33,364 nucleotides of DNA. Origin: a virus. Taxonomy: Duplodnaviria > Caudoviricetes. The position numbers were made by a program, and so were the translations under genes. This document shows, one piece after another, positions 8,291 to 18,371 of this stretch (its first letter is position 1; the number at the start of each line of letters is the position of its first letter). The notes below the pieces were generated by a model, which had not been told where the DNA came from, ran no database searches, and saw nothing but the letters and a program-made list of their open reading frames with translations. Location of the stretch: IMG/VR virus record IMGVR_UViG_3300038468_000094, positions 1 through 33,364 of that record; one strand, written 5' to 3'.

Positions 8291-9700
8291 ATGCCCGATA
8301 TGTTTTCACAGTACAATATATTCCGACAGGAAAACAAGAGCCTGATTCGGAAAGCACTCGATTCGAGCACGGGAGTCGGCGGAGCGCTTATCCCGGAACA
8401 CCTCGAAAAAGTAATCACAAACACGTTGCCCAGGTTGAGACCGGAGCTCGCGATGATCACATCCAAGTACGATCCGCAGAAAATCCACTCATTCAACCGG
8501 CTCACAGCTCTCCCGACAGCGGACGGAGCTATGGGCGAAGGTGCAACAACCCCGACCTATAACAGCACATACGCGCGTGCAACAGTCGAGCTTAAGGTTA
8601 TCAGACGAAAAGGCGCAGTGACGAACTTCTTGCAGGATACATCGAAGACCTATATCGATGCAGCCGCCGCAGAAATGGAAAATCACCTGATTGCTCACGT
8701 CTACGATCTCACCACGCACATGCTTCACGGCAACGCGATAGCGAATCCATACGCCTTCAGCGGATGGGATCGATTCATCGCGACCAATCGCCATAACGAA
8801 GCAGTCGGCGGAGCAGTCCCGACCGACCTCACATTCCTCGATACGATGATCGATGATAACATGGATCGACAGGGCGCGGCACATCGGAAAGTGTTCCTCA
8901 TGTCGCCACAGATGCTCTCGAAGATCAGCCGCCTCTTGACGAACGTACGACTCAACCAGGGACTCGTAGGAGCAGGTCTTTCGACAGTCGATATCCCAGG
9001 CGGATGGAGACTCGCAGCGTACAGAGACATCCCGATCATCCAGACCTCGCAGACCAGACCGAAAGCGAAGATGACCACGGTCAGCATCGCTACAAACCCG
9101 GCAGGTTCGGGTGGAGCAATTGCCAACAGCGCGACCAACTATTTCAAAGTAGCAGCGGTCACATGGGACGGTGAAACACTCGCAAGCGACGAGGTCACAG
9201 TAGCGACAACCGGATCAAGCGTGTCAACGATCACTCTTTCATGGACAGCTTATCCCGGAGCGTTCTACTACAAGATTTACTACAACGCATCGACAACCGG
9301 CGCTGAAACATTGATTAAGGTTATCGCAGCGAAGAACTATGACGGAACCGGAACGATCACGACAGCGGTAACAAGCGTAGTGCTCACGACAGTAACAGCC
9401 GACACCAACGCGACAACCGGATCTATTACGACAGCCATGGCAAATGATGTTCCGCTCGTCGGAACAATCGCGACAGGCGACATCCCGGAGAATGTATATT
9501 TCATCGATCTCGATGAGTTTCAGGGAATGGGCGGCCTGCCATACACCAACAGTGCGGGATCGAGATTCCAAGGGCTCGTTACTATCGAACCACTCGCGAA
9601 GACGGATGATAACATCCCGTTCCTCGTCAAAACCTATTGCGGACTCAAAGACGCATTCGAAGCCACATGCTCGGCATGGCGAGGGCTCAAGGTAAAATAA
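8291..9700 (+). CDS. Major capsid protein with inserted Ig/FN3-like domain
   Basis: KALDSSTGVGGALIPEHLE N-arm and FSGW core motif. Thr-rich beta insert (YFKVAAV..GETLAS...ITLSWT...YYKIY). Confidence 0.88.
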   Translation: MPDMFSQYNIFRQENKSLIRKALDSSTGVGGALIPEHLEKVITNTLPRLRPELAMITSKYDPQKIHSFNRLTALPTADGAMGEGATTPTYNSTYARATVELKVIRRKGAVTNFLQDTSKTYIDAAAAEMENHLIAHVYDLTTHMLHGNAIANPYAFSGWDRFIATNRHNEAVGGAVPTDLTFLDTMIDDNMDRQGAAHRKVFLMSPQMLSKISRLLTNVRLNQGLVGAGLSTVDIPGGWRLAAYRDIPIIQTSQTRPKAKMTTVSIATNPAGSGGAIANSATNYFKVAAVTWDGETLASDEVTVATTGSSVSTITLSWTAYPGAFYYKIYYNASTTGAETLIKVIAAKNYDGTGTITTAVTSVVLTTVTADTNATTGSITTAMANDVPLVGTIATGDIPENVYFIDLDEFQGMGGLPYTNSAGSRFQGLVTIEPLAKTDDNIPFLVKTYCGLKDAFEATCSAWRGLKVK

Positions 9701-9990
9701 TGCCGGTTATCACGTCCAAAGAATATAACCAGATAGTAAAAGAAGTCGAGCAGGTTGAGGAAACTCAGCCTGCCGATTCTGTATCGGTTATCGAACCGGA
9801 GATTGAGCTCCGCGAGCTCATGCACCCGGATTGGACACCAGGGAATAGTATAACGTGCAAGATAAAACTCGATAGCGGTGAAGAAGTGAAAATAGAATAC
9901 GGTCGAGTAGCGACACGTAAAGCATCGGTTTATCAAGAACTTATCAAGCGCGGATACATTCCCTGCAAACTTTACGAGGAGGTAAAATGA
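9700..9990 (+). CDS. Hypothetical virion-associated protein (96 aa)
   Basis: ATG overlaps the capsid stop (TAATG), a better start than 9637. Confidence 0.6.
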   Translation: MPVITSKEYNQIVKEVEQVEETQPADSVSVIEPEIELRELMHPDWTPGNSITCKIKLDSGEEVKIEYGRVATRKASVYQELIKRGYIPCKLYEEVK

Positions 9991-10991
9991 AACAGAACCT
10001 TACCCGTGCAGAAGCTACGGCAATAAATGCGCTTATGCCCGGTAATCAATTGTTCGGAGTCGGAGATGTTCTCATGTTCGCTTCGAATATGCCAATAGGA
10101 GTAACGCATTACTATGTCGATGGCGTTAACGGAGTCGCTGGGAATGACGGTCTTTCAAAGACTACACCGTTTAAAAAGATTCAGGATGCGGTCGATAAAT
10201 GTGGACTCTACAAAAATGAAGTCATTCACGTATTGCCGGGAAGTGGAAGAGACAAATCATCTTTCTACGCTGGGAAATATGATGAAGCCGTGAATATACC
10301 TGGAAGCGTTGGCGGAGTAATCATAATCGGAGAAGCTCCCGCTGGCGGAGTTGGTATACGATCGACAAGCACAACTTCAATAGCACTCACTGTCAGAGGG
10401 GATGATATCACCTTGATCAACATCGGAGTATCAGGCGACGAAACACCCCTTTATGGTACGAAAGTAACTGGTGAGCGGTTCAAAGCCGTAGGATGCAAGT
10501 TCGAGATGAATAACAATCTCGGTACTGCGTTCTTGTTCATCCCAGGTCAAGAAACAGCTCAGGCTGCTAAAACCGATGGAAGCGCCAGCGATGCTCAACT
10601 CATCGACTGCGAGTTTGCGTGGGCGGCTAAAGGGCTCGTATTCGCATCACTTGTAGGGGTAGGCGGATCAAATCTCGCAACAACACAGAATAAAGTGATC
10701 GGATGCAAGTTTCATAACTGCTCTACAAACTGTATTGGAGAAATTGACAACGGTCCTGGAATCGGATCGGTCAGAAATGTACTGATTCAGGGCTGCCAGT
10801 TCGACAATCTTGAAGATGCGACAGCTCCATCAGTCTATATTGATCTCAATTCTACAAATAGCACCGGTCTGATCACAGACAATAGCTTCGCACTTGCTAC
10901 AAATGCGATAGCAAAAAATACTATCGCCGCCGGTGTACTTTGGGTAGCAAACAAAACAGAAGCGGGAGTATCGACAGCAAGACCGGCTTAA
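9987..10991 (+). CDS. Right-handed beta-helix (pectin-lyase-like) protein, probable head fibre or decoration
   Basis: YYVDGVNG...NDGLS..TPFKKIQDAVD start motif and repeated I.GC.F / I.DC.F rungs. Confidence 0.7.
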   Translation: MKQNLTRAEATAINALMPGNQLFGVGDVLMFASNMPIGVTHYYVDGVNGVAGNDGLSKTTPFKKIQDAVDKCGLYKNEVIHVLPGSGRDKSSFYAGKYDEAVNIPGSVGGVIIIGEAPAGGVGIRSTSTTSIALTVRGDDITLINIGVSGDETPLYGTKVTGERFKAVGCKFEMNNNLGTAFLFIPGQETAQAAKTDGSASDAQLIDCEFAWAAKGLVFASLVGVGGSNLATTQNKVIGCKFHNCSTNCIGEIDNGPGIGSVRNVLIQGCQFDNLEDATAPSVYIDLNSTNSTGLITDNSFALATNAIAKNTIAAGVLWVANKTEAGVSTARPA

Positions 10992-10995
10992 TCAC

Positions 10996-11021
10996 AGGGC
11001 GGAGTAATCCGCCCTTCTTTT
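10996..11021 (+). terminator. Intrinsic terminator
   Basis: AGGGCGGA-GTAA-TCCGCCCT (GNRA loop) followed by TCTTTT. Confidence 0.75.
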
Positions 11022-11034
11022 ACCAGGAGGAATC

Positions 11035-11382
11035 ATGGCATATAAAGAAATGGACGTTTGCGGAGAGAACACCGGAGATGCTCGTAAGGTGGCATGGGAA
11101 AAAGAAGTCAATCTCGTCGCATCAGGCAATAGCGATTGGATTCTTGTTCCTGATGAGGTACAGGGGTTATCGGTTACGCTCTCATTCACAGGCGGAGGTT
11201 CGGGTAAGATGCAATCAACTACCGATAAACTCGATACCGTAAAGAACGGTTCACCCGTTGCGGTTGATTGGCCGCTCGGCGAAGTCTCATCGAATACACA
11301 GGATTTCTGCCTTCCGGTTACCGCAATCAGAGCGGTTCAAATCAACGCCGGAACGCTCAAGATGACAGCGAGGGCACAATAA
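11035..11382 (+). CDS. Hypothetical beta-rich virion protein
   Basis: AGGAGG RBS; 115 aa within the head-neck cluster. Confidence 0.65.
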   Translation: MAYKEMDVCGENTGDARKVAWEKEVNLVASGNSDWILVPDEVQGLSVTLSFTGGGSGKMQSTTDKLDTVKNGSPVAVDWPLGEVSSNTQDFCLPVTAIRAVQINAGTLKMTARAQ

Positions 11383-11933
11383 TGACGTGGATAGGCAATC
11401 TTCTTTCTACGATTCAGGCAACATACACAAGACTCACGGTATCAGCGAAGAACTCGGCGAACAACGTCACGGAAGCGGACGTAATAGGAAACAAAACCGA
11501 TGATGAATCGGGAAACTCGATAGCCGCTAAGGCTTTCATGCTTGATACGCATGCTCACTCAGCTTGCAATGTATATCCAACTCTTGCCAACGGAGTTACA
11601 GTTACCGGAGCGGCTGGAGCATGGGCACTCGGAGCATTCGAAGTGTTGGTACCGGCGAACACAATCACCGATCCATTCGATATTCATCATATAAACGTGT
11701 CAGCATACAACGCTAACGACACCTTCGAGCTCGTCCTTTATTCTGGAGCAGATGGTCACGAAGTAGAAATAGGGCGTGTTCGGTTCACTCGTACAACGAA
11801 CGTAGGATCACCAGCGCATGTCCCGTTTCAATCTCCTATCAACGCGGCCAATACTCAGATCAAGGCAAAGATAGCATCGCAAGCCGGGACATCCAACACG
11901 GCTACGATATCGATCATGTATCACACGTACTAA
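11382..11933 (+). CDS. Hypothetical beta-rich virion protein (183 aa)
   Basis: TAATG-coupled start at 11382 is preferred over 11268. Ala/Thr/Gly-rich. Confidence 0.65.
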   Translation: MTWIGNLLSTIQATYTRLTVSAKNSANNVTEADVIGNKTDDESGNSIAAKAFMLDTHAHSACNVYPTLANGVTVTGAAGAWALGAFEVLVPANTITDPFDIHHINVSAYNANDTFELVLYSGADGHEVEIGRVRFTRTTNVGSPAHVPFQSPINAANTQIKAKIASQAGTSNTATISIMYHTY

Positions 11934-11941
11934 GGAAAACC

Positions 11942-12787
11942 ATGATACCGACACCCGCAGAATGCAGAGCTTATCTCGAATCTTACGGACTCAATCAGAC
12001 AGCGACATACACGCTCGCGGGTGATCTCGTTCTTAATTCGCCTATAGTTCACAACATCGACACGCGGAATCTGTTACCGACCATGCTGATCAACTCGGCG
12101 CACATCGCAGCCGGAACTCGCATCGTGTCGGTAGATATCGTGAGCGCAACAGTCGGTCAGATAACACTCGATGAAAACGCATCAGCAAACGCGACTGCGG
12201 AATCACTTACAGTAACGTATTTCCCGGTTATATCGGACGATTGGATTGTCAAGAAAAGAGATAACTTCGTAGTGCCATGGGCGGAGCGGATCTGCCGTAC
12301 ATCATTCTCGGCTACACAGCAGATCGAAGAATACTACAGCGGTAACGGAACATCAATTCTCATGCTCAACAGAAAGCCGATAGTTTCGCTCGATGCCCTA
12401 TCGTATACGAACGTCATGAGCAATCAATACGTTATCAATCTTCTCGCTATTCAGAATGTGAGCGAAGAAGGAATCTTGAAAGTACGTACGAACTTCAACG
12501 AATCGACTTGGATACCGATCTTTGCTAAAGGGCTCTTGAACCTCAGAGTGAAATATACCTATGGATACGCTTCATGTCCTGCCGATATAGCAGAGGCGAT
12601 CAAGTATCTCATATGCGAGCAGATACTCGGACAACTCGCAGACCGAACGGGAGGAGGCTCACTAAGTGTACAGGGATTCAGCCGCAACTATGGAAATCGG
12701 GGGAAGTACACGAATGTAAGAAATGATCTCAGTCGTGCAGCTATGGCAATCTTGCGTAACTACATGACGGCGAATAGTGGAGCATAA
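11942..12787 (+). CDS. Head-tail adaptor/connector with inserted beta domain
   Basis: EEYYSGNG..ILML..KPIVS and LRVKYTYGY...PADIAEAI motifs typical of gp6/gp15-like adaptors; synteny. Confidence 0.7.
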   Translation: MIPTPAECRAYLESYGLNQTATYTLAGDLVLNSPIVHNIDTRNLLPTMLINSAHIAAGTRIVSVDIVSATVGQITLDENASANATAESLTVTYFPVISDDWIVKKRDNFVVPWAERICRTSFSATQQIEEYYSGNGTSILMLNRKPIVSLDALSYTNVMSNQYVINLLAIQNVSEEGILKVRTNFNESTWIPIFAKGLLNLRVKYTYGYASCPADIAEAIKYLICEQILGQLADRTGGGSLSVQGFSRNYGNRGKYTNVRNDLSRAAMAILRNYMTANSGA

Positions 12788-12790
12788 CGA

Positions 12791-13228
12791 ATGCCGACAT
12801 TCCCGGTTTCCCGAGAAGGGGTAAGCGAAGAAAAACGAGATGCGCTCATCGATACACAGATGATATGTCAGGAGCGCGGAAGACTCGTCAAGATCAGCCT
12901 TCGCGATGAACAGGATATAACGCGAGACGCTTACAACTCGATCAAGAAGCGCACCAACGTTACGGGGCTTTCCTGTTACGCATATCCGATTGAGTTTTCG
13001 CCTACCGAGCATCAGATGGAGAAAGCGGGAATTAAAGAAAACGTCGATGTACAGATTTATACGGCTCAACAGGATTGGATTGACGCGGGATTGAAGTACG
13101 AGGATATCGAAGTGATCCGGTCAACGGTCGAGCTCGAAGGATGCCGATATCAGATAAAGGCTAAGAATCAGGCTTCTCAATTCTCGGACACGTATCTTTA
13201 TATAACTTTAGGATTAACGAAACTATGA
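12791..13228 (+). CDS. Putative head-closure (stopper) protein
   Basis: 145 aa following the adaptor; synteny. Confidence 0.5.
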   Translation: MPTFPVSREGVSEEKRDALIDTQMICQERGRLVKISLRDEQDITRDAYNSIKKRTNVTGLSCYAYPIEFSPTEHQMEKAGIKENVDVQIYTAQQDWIDAGLKYEDIEVIRSTVELEGCRYQIKAKNQASQFSDTYLYITLGLTKL

Positions 13229-13905
13229 TGGCAAGAGTGAAGTACAACAGTAAATATAATTCTGTTAGAAAGCGATTGAAATATGTGGAAACGCATATCG
13301 TAGATTTTTTACAGGCTCATGCTATGAATTATGCTGTACGATTCATTCAGATCTGGAAAGAGGGAATTAAGAAAGATAACTTTGGCCTTACTCCTCTTAC
13401 AAGAACACATGTTAATGAAGAGGGAAAAGTCGTCGAAGGTACAGTTGAAAAGAAACGGAGAATGACATTTAAAAAGGGCAGAGGAAGCGGACGAAGTAAG
13501 ATCGATATTCCATACAAACAGCCGGAGACACCGCTCTATGGAGCAGGTCTCGACATCGATCAAAAGACGTATATCAACATGCTTCGTATTTTTAAATGGA
13601 GTAATGCGTATAAAGTAATGCCCTCGTGGGCGAAACATCATAAATCTGATCTGAAGCTCAAGGACTTATTCGATGTCCATGAGAAAGGCCGGACAATCAT
13701 CAGAAAAGATGGTACAGCGATCCGTATTCCTCCACGTCCGGCCTTCTTTATTGCGTATCGCCGATTCCTCGCAGAGAAACGACAAGCGAACGCACCGGCT
13801 AAGTTCCAGAGAGAGCTTAATAAGTTTATCAGCACTGGTGAATCGTCATGGTTTTCAGAAATCATAAAGAAAATGAATGAGGGCGATAAGTACAAAGAGA
13901 AATGA
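13225..13905 (+). CDS. Putative neck / tail completion protein
   Basis: Basic protein with VHEKG...RIPPRP motif; synteny. Confidence 0.55.
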   Translation: MMARVKYNSKYNSVRKRLKYVETHIVDFLQAHAMNYAVRFIQIWKEGIKKDNFGLTPLTRTHVNEEGKVVEGTVEKKRRMTFKKGRGSGRSKIDIPYKQPETPLYGAGLDIDQKTYINMLRIFKWSNAYKVMPSWAKHHKSDLKLKDLFDVHEKGRTIIRKDGTAIRIPPRPAFFIAYRRFLAEKRQANAPAKFQRELNKFISTGESSWFSEIIKKMNEGDKYKEK

Positions 13906-15086
13906 AACTATCAGTTGATACTTGTACAGCTACAACCGGATGGACGATGACAGCGCCATCCGTGGTCTCTCTCAACCAGTTTGATGATTTCATCGCTGGG
14001 TTCAATAATGCGGCTTCGCTCATGTTTTATTTCAACGCGCTCGATGCGGTGCGAACAGTGACGAAGGCTTTCTCGCCTGCGATCGATTGTACTGGATACG
14101 AAGAACTCGTATTCAACGTCTACAGTTTTCGAAATGGGAAGCAGGATTACAAGAAAGCATCGGACTATACGTACAAGATTAAAATCGATTCGTCTCACGA
14201 GTTTTATTTCCCCGTATACGAATCATTCACACACGTTACGATCAGTCTTACAGGAATATCGTCTATAACTCAGATTGTGATAACGCCATTATTCGCTACG
14301 GATGATTGGCTTATAGTATCAGATATCATGATCGTAAAAGAGCAAATGCCGCTTGACCTATTCGTAGGATTGCAGGAAGGAATCGGCAAGGAACTCACTA
14401 CGCTCTACGGAACGGGTCTATCGGTAGCGACGAACTACGCAGGGCTTACAGGTGATACTATACTCACGCTTACAGCTCCGAACTGGATTGATCGATATTC
14501 CGCAATCTACATCACAGACGGGACGCATCATGAAACGCACTCGATAGCGAACCGAACGGATACAATATTCACGCTTTCCGATCTATACGATGGAAATGCC
14601 CTGTTGCACGATTACACGGCGGCAACTATCTATCTGATTTTTCCCGTAGAATACGGAAAGACTCAGACGGATATCGTTCTCCCCTCGGTCACATGTTGGG
14701 GACTCGCCCCGGAAGACGTGCTTCGCGGATCAAAGCTCGAACGGATTGTAGATTCGTGGGCAGTAGGTGGGACACCGACCGAGAGACGCGAAGGGCATAT
14801 CCATCTTTGGAATACGCTTATCGATTGCGAAGCGCGACAATCAGAAATACTCGCGATGCTCGGAGAAGCAGTACACCGCTTTATAGGCAAAGAGCTCATG
14901 TGGATCAACGGAAAGAAGCACGATCTATATGACGTAGTGCCAGCAACTGAAGTCTTGCCGACACTTGCCGGGGATATCGTGCCGAAGCTACAGTTTACGT
15001 CGTGCGTGGAAGTTAAAGAGGAATTGTTTGCGCGTGCGGCTATTCCGATAACGACTGATATAAATCAGACAGTGAATCTTACATAG
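13902..15086 (+). CDS. Putative tail terminator with extra N-terminal and inserted domains
   Basis: Upstream of sheath; C-terminal LPSVT..-type core; much longer than a minimal terminator. Confidence 0.45.
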   Translation: MKLSVDTCTATTGWTMTAPSVVSLNQFDDFIAGFNNAASLMFYFNALDAVRTVTKAFSPAIDCTGYEELVFNVYSFRNGKQDYKKASDYTYKIKIDSSHEFYFPVYESFTHVTISLTGISSITQIVITPLFATDDWLIVSDIMIVKEQMPLDLFVGLQEGIGKELTTLYGTGLSVATNYAGLTGDTILTLTAPNWIDRYSAIYITDGTHHETHSIANRTDTIFTLSDLYDGNALLHDYTAATIYLIFPVEYGKTQTDIVLPSVTCWGLAPEDVLRGSKLERIVDSWAVGGTPTERREGHIHLWNTLIDCEARQSEILAMLGEAVHRFIGKELMWINGKKHDLYDVVPATEVLPTLAGDIVPKLQFTSCVEVKEELFARAAIPITTDINQTVNLT

Positions 15087-15094
15087 GAGGAATC

Positions 15095-15319
15095 ATGAAA
15101 TATAGCGGCAACATGGATACGGAACCGGATCAAGCGGTAACGGTATCGAATGACAAGATAGCGAGCATCACGTTTCTCGAAGACAGAAAGTTCGAGCTTT
15201 TTGTAGGTGGAGAACAATTTACATTTCTCGGAACAGAGACAAAACAAATTCCGGCTTCGTATCTCGAACACCCGGATTTCATACAACAGAAAAAATATTT
15301 CTCGGTTAAAGGAGTATAA
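15095..15319 (+). CDS. Small hypothetical protein before sheath
   Basis: AGGAGG RBS; 74 aa. Confidence 0.6.
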   Translation: MKYSGNMDTEPDQAVTVSNDKIASITFLEDRKFELFVGGEQFTFLGTETKQIPASYLEHPDFIQQKKYFSVKGV

Positions 15320-15322
15320 CAC

Positions 15323-17140
15323 ATGAACATGAGGAAGCTCGGTATCCACGGGGCAAATCTACCGGTCAAGGCACCGAGTACGGTTACTCCTTCGGATTTC
15401 TCGATCGGTGCGATTCTCGGACATTTCGAACGCAGGTTCGACAAAGCTTTTCTTTGCCAGAACTTCGATGATTTCCGGTCAATCTTCGGGAATCAAATCA
15501 GCACTACTCAATACGGGTATGATGCCGTAAAAGGATTCTGGGACAACGTATCAGGCGTGAGCGCAAAGCTCTATGTGCAGTCTCATGTAGGATGGACGGG
15601 AAGCGCAATCGATGCGGTAACCGCGAGTCAGGTAGTCAACAATCAGGATTCGAATCCGTTGCTTACGATCAAGGATGCATATCTTGATACGCTCGGATAC
15701 GGAGTCGGCGGGAACCGGACAGGGATCACGATCACGAACGGAGCTCGATTCTCGACGACATGCGGAACTACGGGAACGAAAGACGATACATTCGTTATCC
15801 TCTCTTCAGTTGCCGATGTCAAAGTCGGAGATACGATGAAGTTCGTAGCAACAGGAGGCGGCGGAGCGACAGTCTACAAGATCATTACGATTGTAGATGA
15901 GAATGCAAAGAAAGTAAGCTTCTCGGGAGCTTTCCACGCTTCGGCAAACATCGCGGTAACAGATGTTTGCACAGTTCTCGGAATCAGACTCCGAGTATGG
16001 AGACTCGACACAAAAGGATTCCTCAACGAAGTAGATACCGAACTCGGGAAAATCTATTGCTCGATCTCATCGACTGTAACTCAATACTACATTTCGAACA
16101 TTTTCAAAAACTCGAAATGGATTCAGGTAACAAGAGCAGCTACAACGCCATCTACGCTTGACAAGGATTTCCCGCTCGATGTAGCAAACGCGACCTATCC
16201 CACGAACGGAGCGGATGGAACCGCACCGACAACGGCGGCACATTGGGCACATGCTCTTTCCAATCTCGATTCGCTTCCTGTACGATTCATCGCGAACCCG
16301 GAGACGAGTACGAAATCGATTCAGGACGCGATAGTGTCCTATTGTCAAGCAAGAACGGATGATAATCCGATTTGTCTCTACACGCTTCCAGAGAATCAAT
16401 CACAAGCACAGCTCCTCGTATTAGGCAATAACGTCCAGAGTTCGAACGAAGTAGACGCGGTTCTTGTGGCTCAGTGGTTGACGGTCGATAACCCGTTCGA
16501 TACTTCAATCTACGCGCCGCCTCGTAATATTCCGAATGTAGGACATGTCATGGGTGCGTGGATATGGGATATTGCAAATAACGGAATACATGTAATCCCT
16601 GCAGTCGCAAACGTGACATTACGAGGAGTCAACGGAGTCGAAGGCGATCAGATACTCAACGATGATAATCGTACGCTCGTAGCCCAAGCAGGAATCAACG
16701 TGATTCAGGACATCCCCGGCCAGGGAATCAGAATCATGAACTTTTTCACACCCTCGACAGTCCAAGCTTATCAATTCGCAAACGGTATCCTGCTCCGAAA
16801 CTATGTAAAGATTTCGATCATCGAATCGCTTGCAGGTGATGTCAACGAACCGAATAGCATCGGACGGATACGCGAAGGTAAGATGGCGATCCTACAATTT
16901 GCGCAGAAGCTATGGGATCGAGGATCAACCGGATCAGTTCCCACGGGCGAGACGTTCGGACAGTTCGAACAGGCTGACGGATCGCTTACGAAGTTCGAAG
17001 ATCATTTCCAGGTAATAGCCGATGCGACAGTCAACAGCATCACGACAATACAGGCGGGACAGAGGAACTATAACGTATACCTCAGCTACCCGACACCGGC
17101 AGGATCGATACTGATCTCGACCGGACTCTTACAGTTCTAA
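15323..17140 (+). CDS. Contractile tail sheath protein
   Basis: AILGHFER, FRSIFG, PNVGHVMG, GINVI, EPN and IADATVN...YPTPAGSI motifs; followed by tube gene. Confidence 0.88.
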   Translation: MNMRKLGIHGANLPVKAPSTVTPSDFSIGAILGHFERRFDKAFLCQNFDDFRSIFGNQISTTQYGYDAVKGFWDNVSGVSAKLYVQSHVGWTGSAIDAVTASQVVNNQDSNPLLTIKDAYLDTLGYGVGGNRTGITITNGARFSTTCGTTGTKDDTFVILSSVADVKVGDTMKFVATGGGGATVYKIITIVDENAKKVSFSGAFHASANIAVTDVCTVLGIRLRVWRLDTKGFLNEVDTELGKIYCSISSTVTQYYISNIFKNSKWIQVTRAATTPSTLDKDFPLDVANATYPTNGADGTAPTTAAHWAHALSNLDSLPVRFIANPETSTKSIQDAIVSYCQARTDDNPICLYTLPENQSQAQLLVLGNNVQSSNEVDAVLVAQWLTVDNPFDTSIYAPPRNIPNVGHVMGAWIWDIANNGIHVIPAVANVTLRGVNGVEGDQILNDDNRTLVAQAGINVIQDIPGQGIRIMNFFTPSTVQAYQFANGILLRNYVKISIIESLAGDVNEPNSIGRIREGKMAILQFAQKLWDRGSTGSVPTGETFGQFEQADGSLTKFEDHFQVIADATVNSITTIQAGQRNYNVYLSYPTPAGSILISTGLLQF

Positions 17141-17150
17141 GGAGGCGACA

Positions 17151-17573
17151 ATGCAAACCCGCGACATGGCCGAAAAAACAAGATTGCTTTTCGATGGAGT
17201 CGAAATACCCGGTCTTGTAAAATATGCAGGATTCACACTTGAAGAGGGGACAATCGAAGTTCCCGAGTTCTCGAAGATTCGAAACATAACGAACGGTATC
17301 GTCAAGGAACCTCTCATCGAATGCACGTACAAGATTGCACGTGATTCGAGTACGCATCAGTATTTTCGATCGTACTTTGAGAACAAAGAAACTCACGATA
17401 TCACAGTCATTCGTACCGACCGCGACGGGAAAGAATTCGCGCGCGTACTTCTCCCGTCGACCGAATGCAACAAGCTCGTTGATCCTCCGTTCGATGGAGC
17501 ATCGCCGACATACGCGCAAGTCGTAGTCGGACTCGTGCCCTGGGACGTGATCAAAGTTGCACCGGAGGCGTAA
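17151..17573 (+). CDS. Tail tube protein
   Basis: 140 aa directly after the sheath; DITVIRTDRDGKE motif. Confidence 0.8.
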   Translation: MQTRDMAEKTRLLFDGVEIPGLVKYAGFTLEEGTIEVPEFSKIRNITNGIVKEPLIECTYKIARDSSTHQYFRSYFENKETHDITVIRTDRDGKEFARVLLPSTECNKLVDPPFDGASPTYAQVVVGLVPWDVIKVAPEA

Positions 17574-17576
17574 ATC

Positions 17577-18371
17577 GTGAAACTACCGAAGGCGATATTC
17601 CTGAATGACAAGATTTACACCGATATAGAGATAAGAAAACCGAAAGCCAAAGTGCTCGCTGATGTACAAGAGACGGCGAGCACGGGCGATATATATTCAG
17701 CGATGTATCAGTTCATCCTCGGATGCACGGTATCAGTAAGCGGGGATGAGGCAATCGATGATTCTGGAAAATTGAAAGAGCTCATCAAGGCGATACCCTA
17801 TCGCAGCGCTGAGCTCGTGGCAATCAAGATCATGCTCCTTGTTGACCCGGAAGATCATATCGAAGGAATTTATCAGTGCCCACGGTGCGGAAAGAAAATA
17901 ATAGCGGAACTGAAAGAAGACTCCGACACACGAGACAGGATATCTGATCTCGCTATTATAGAGGAGGAAACTCCTTCGAATACGATATCCTATCAGCTTG
18001 AAAGTCCTATTATCATCAAGAACACGAAAGACGGATCGGTCATAATGGAAGTCGATTCCGTCGATCTTCGAATACCGACGCTTGCAGATTGCATCCTTAC
18101 GGCGAAACAGGCGGCAGCTACCGGAGGCTTGCGATTCCAGATTGTACTCTATAAGAATTGTCTTATCGGAGTCGATGCAAAGTTCCGAGCGGAATGGGGC
18201 GTGTACTTGTTCGAACAGATGAGCACGGGCGACCTCAAGGCTATATATGAACCGATCAAGAAATATGGGCTTCAATCGACCGTAGAGAAACGCTGCTATG
18301 AGTGCGGGAAAGTGTGGGAGGCTTCGGTCAATACGACTAATTTTTTCGTTTCTGGTCTGCCGTCGAACTGA
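17577..18371 (+). CDS. Tail assembly chaperone with two CxxC motifs
   Basis: Between tube and tape measure; CPRCG and CYECG; NFF near the C-terminus coincides with a slippery site. Confidence 0.7.
   Translation: MKLPKAIFLNDKIYTDIEIRKPKAKVLADVQETASTGDIYSAMYQFILGCTVSVSGDEAIDDSGKLKELIKAIPYRSAELVAIKIMLLVDPEDHIEGIYQCPRCGKKIIAELKEDSDTRDRISDLAIIEEETPSNTISYQLESPIIIKNTKDGSVIMEVDSVDLRIPTLADCILTAKQAAATGGLRFQIVLYKNCLIGVDAKFRAEWGVYLFEQMSTGDLKAIYEPIKKYGLQSTVEKRCYECGKVWEASVNTTNFFVSGLPSN
18341..18347 (+). other. Programmed -1 frameshift slippery heptamer T-TTT-TTC
   Basis: X XXY YYZ-type heptamer in the correct phase. The -1 frame is open from 18347 to 18568. Confidence 0.7.
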
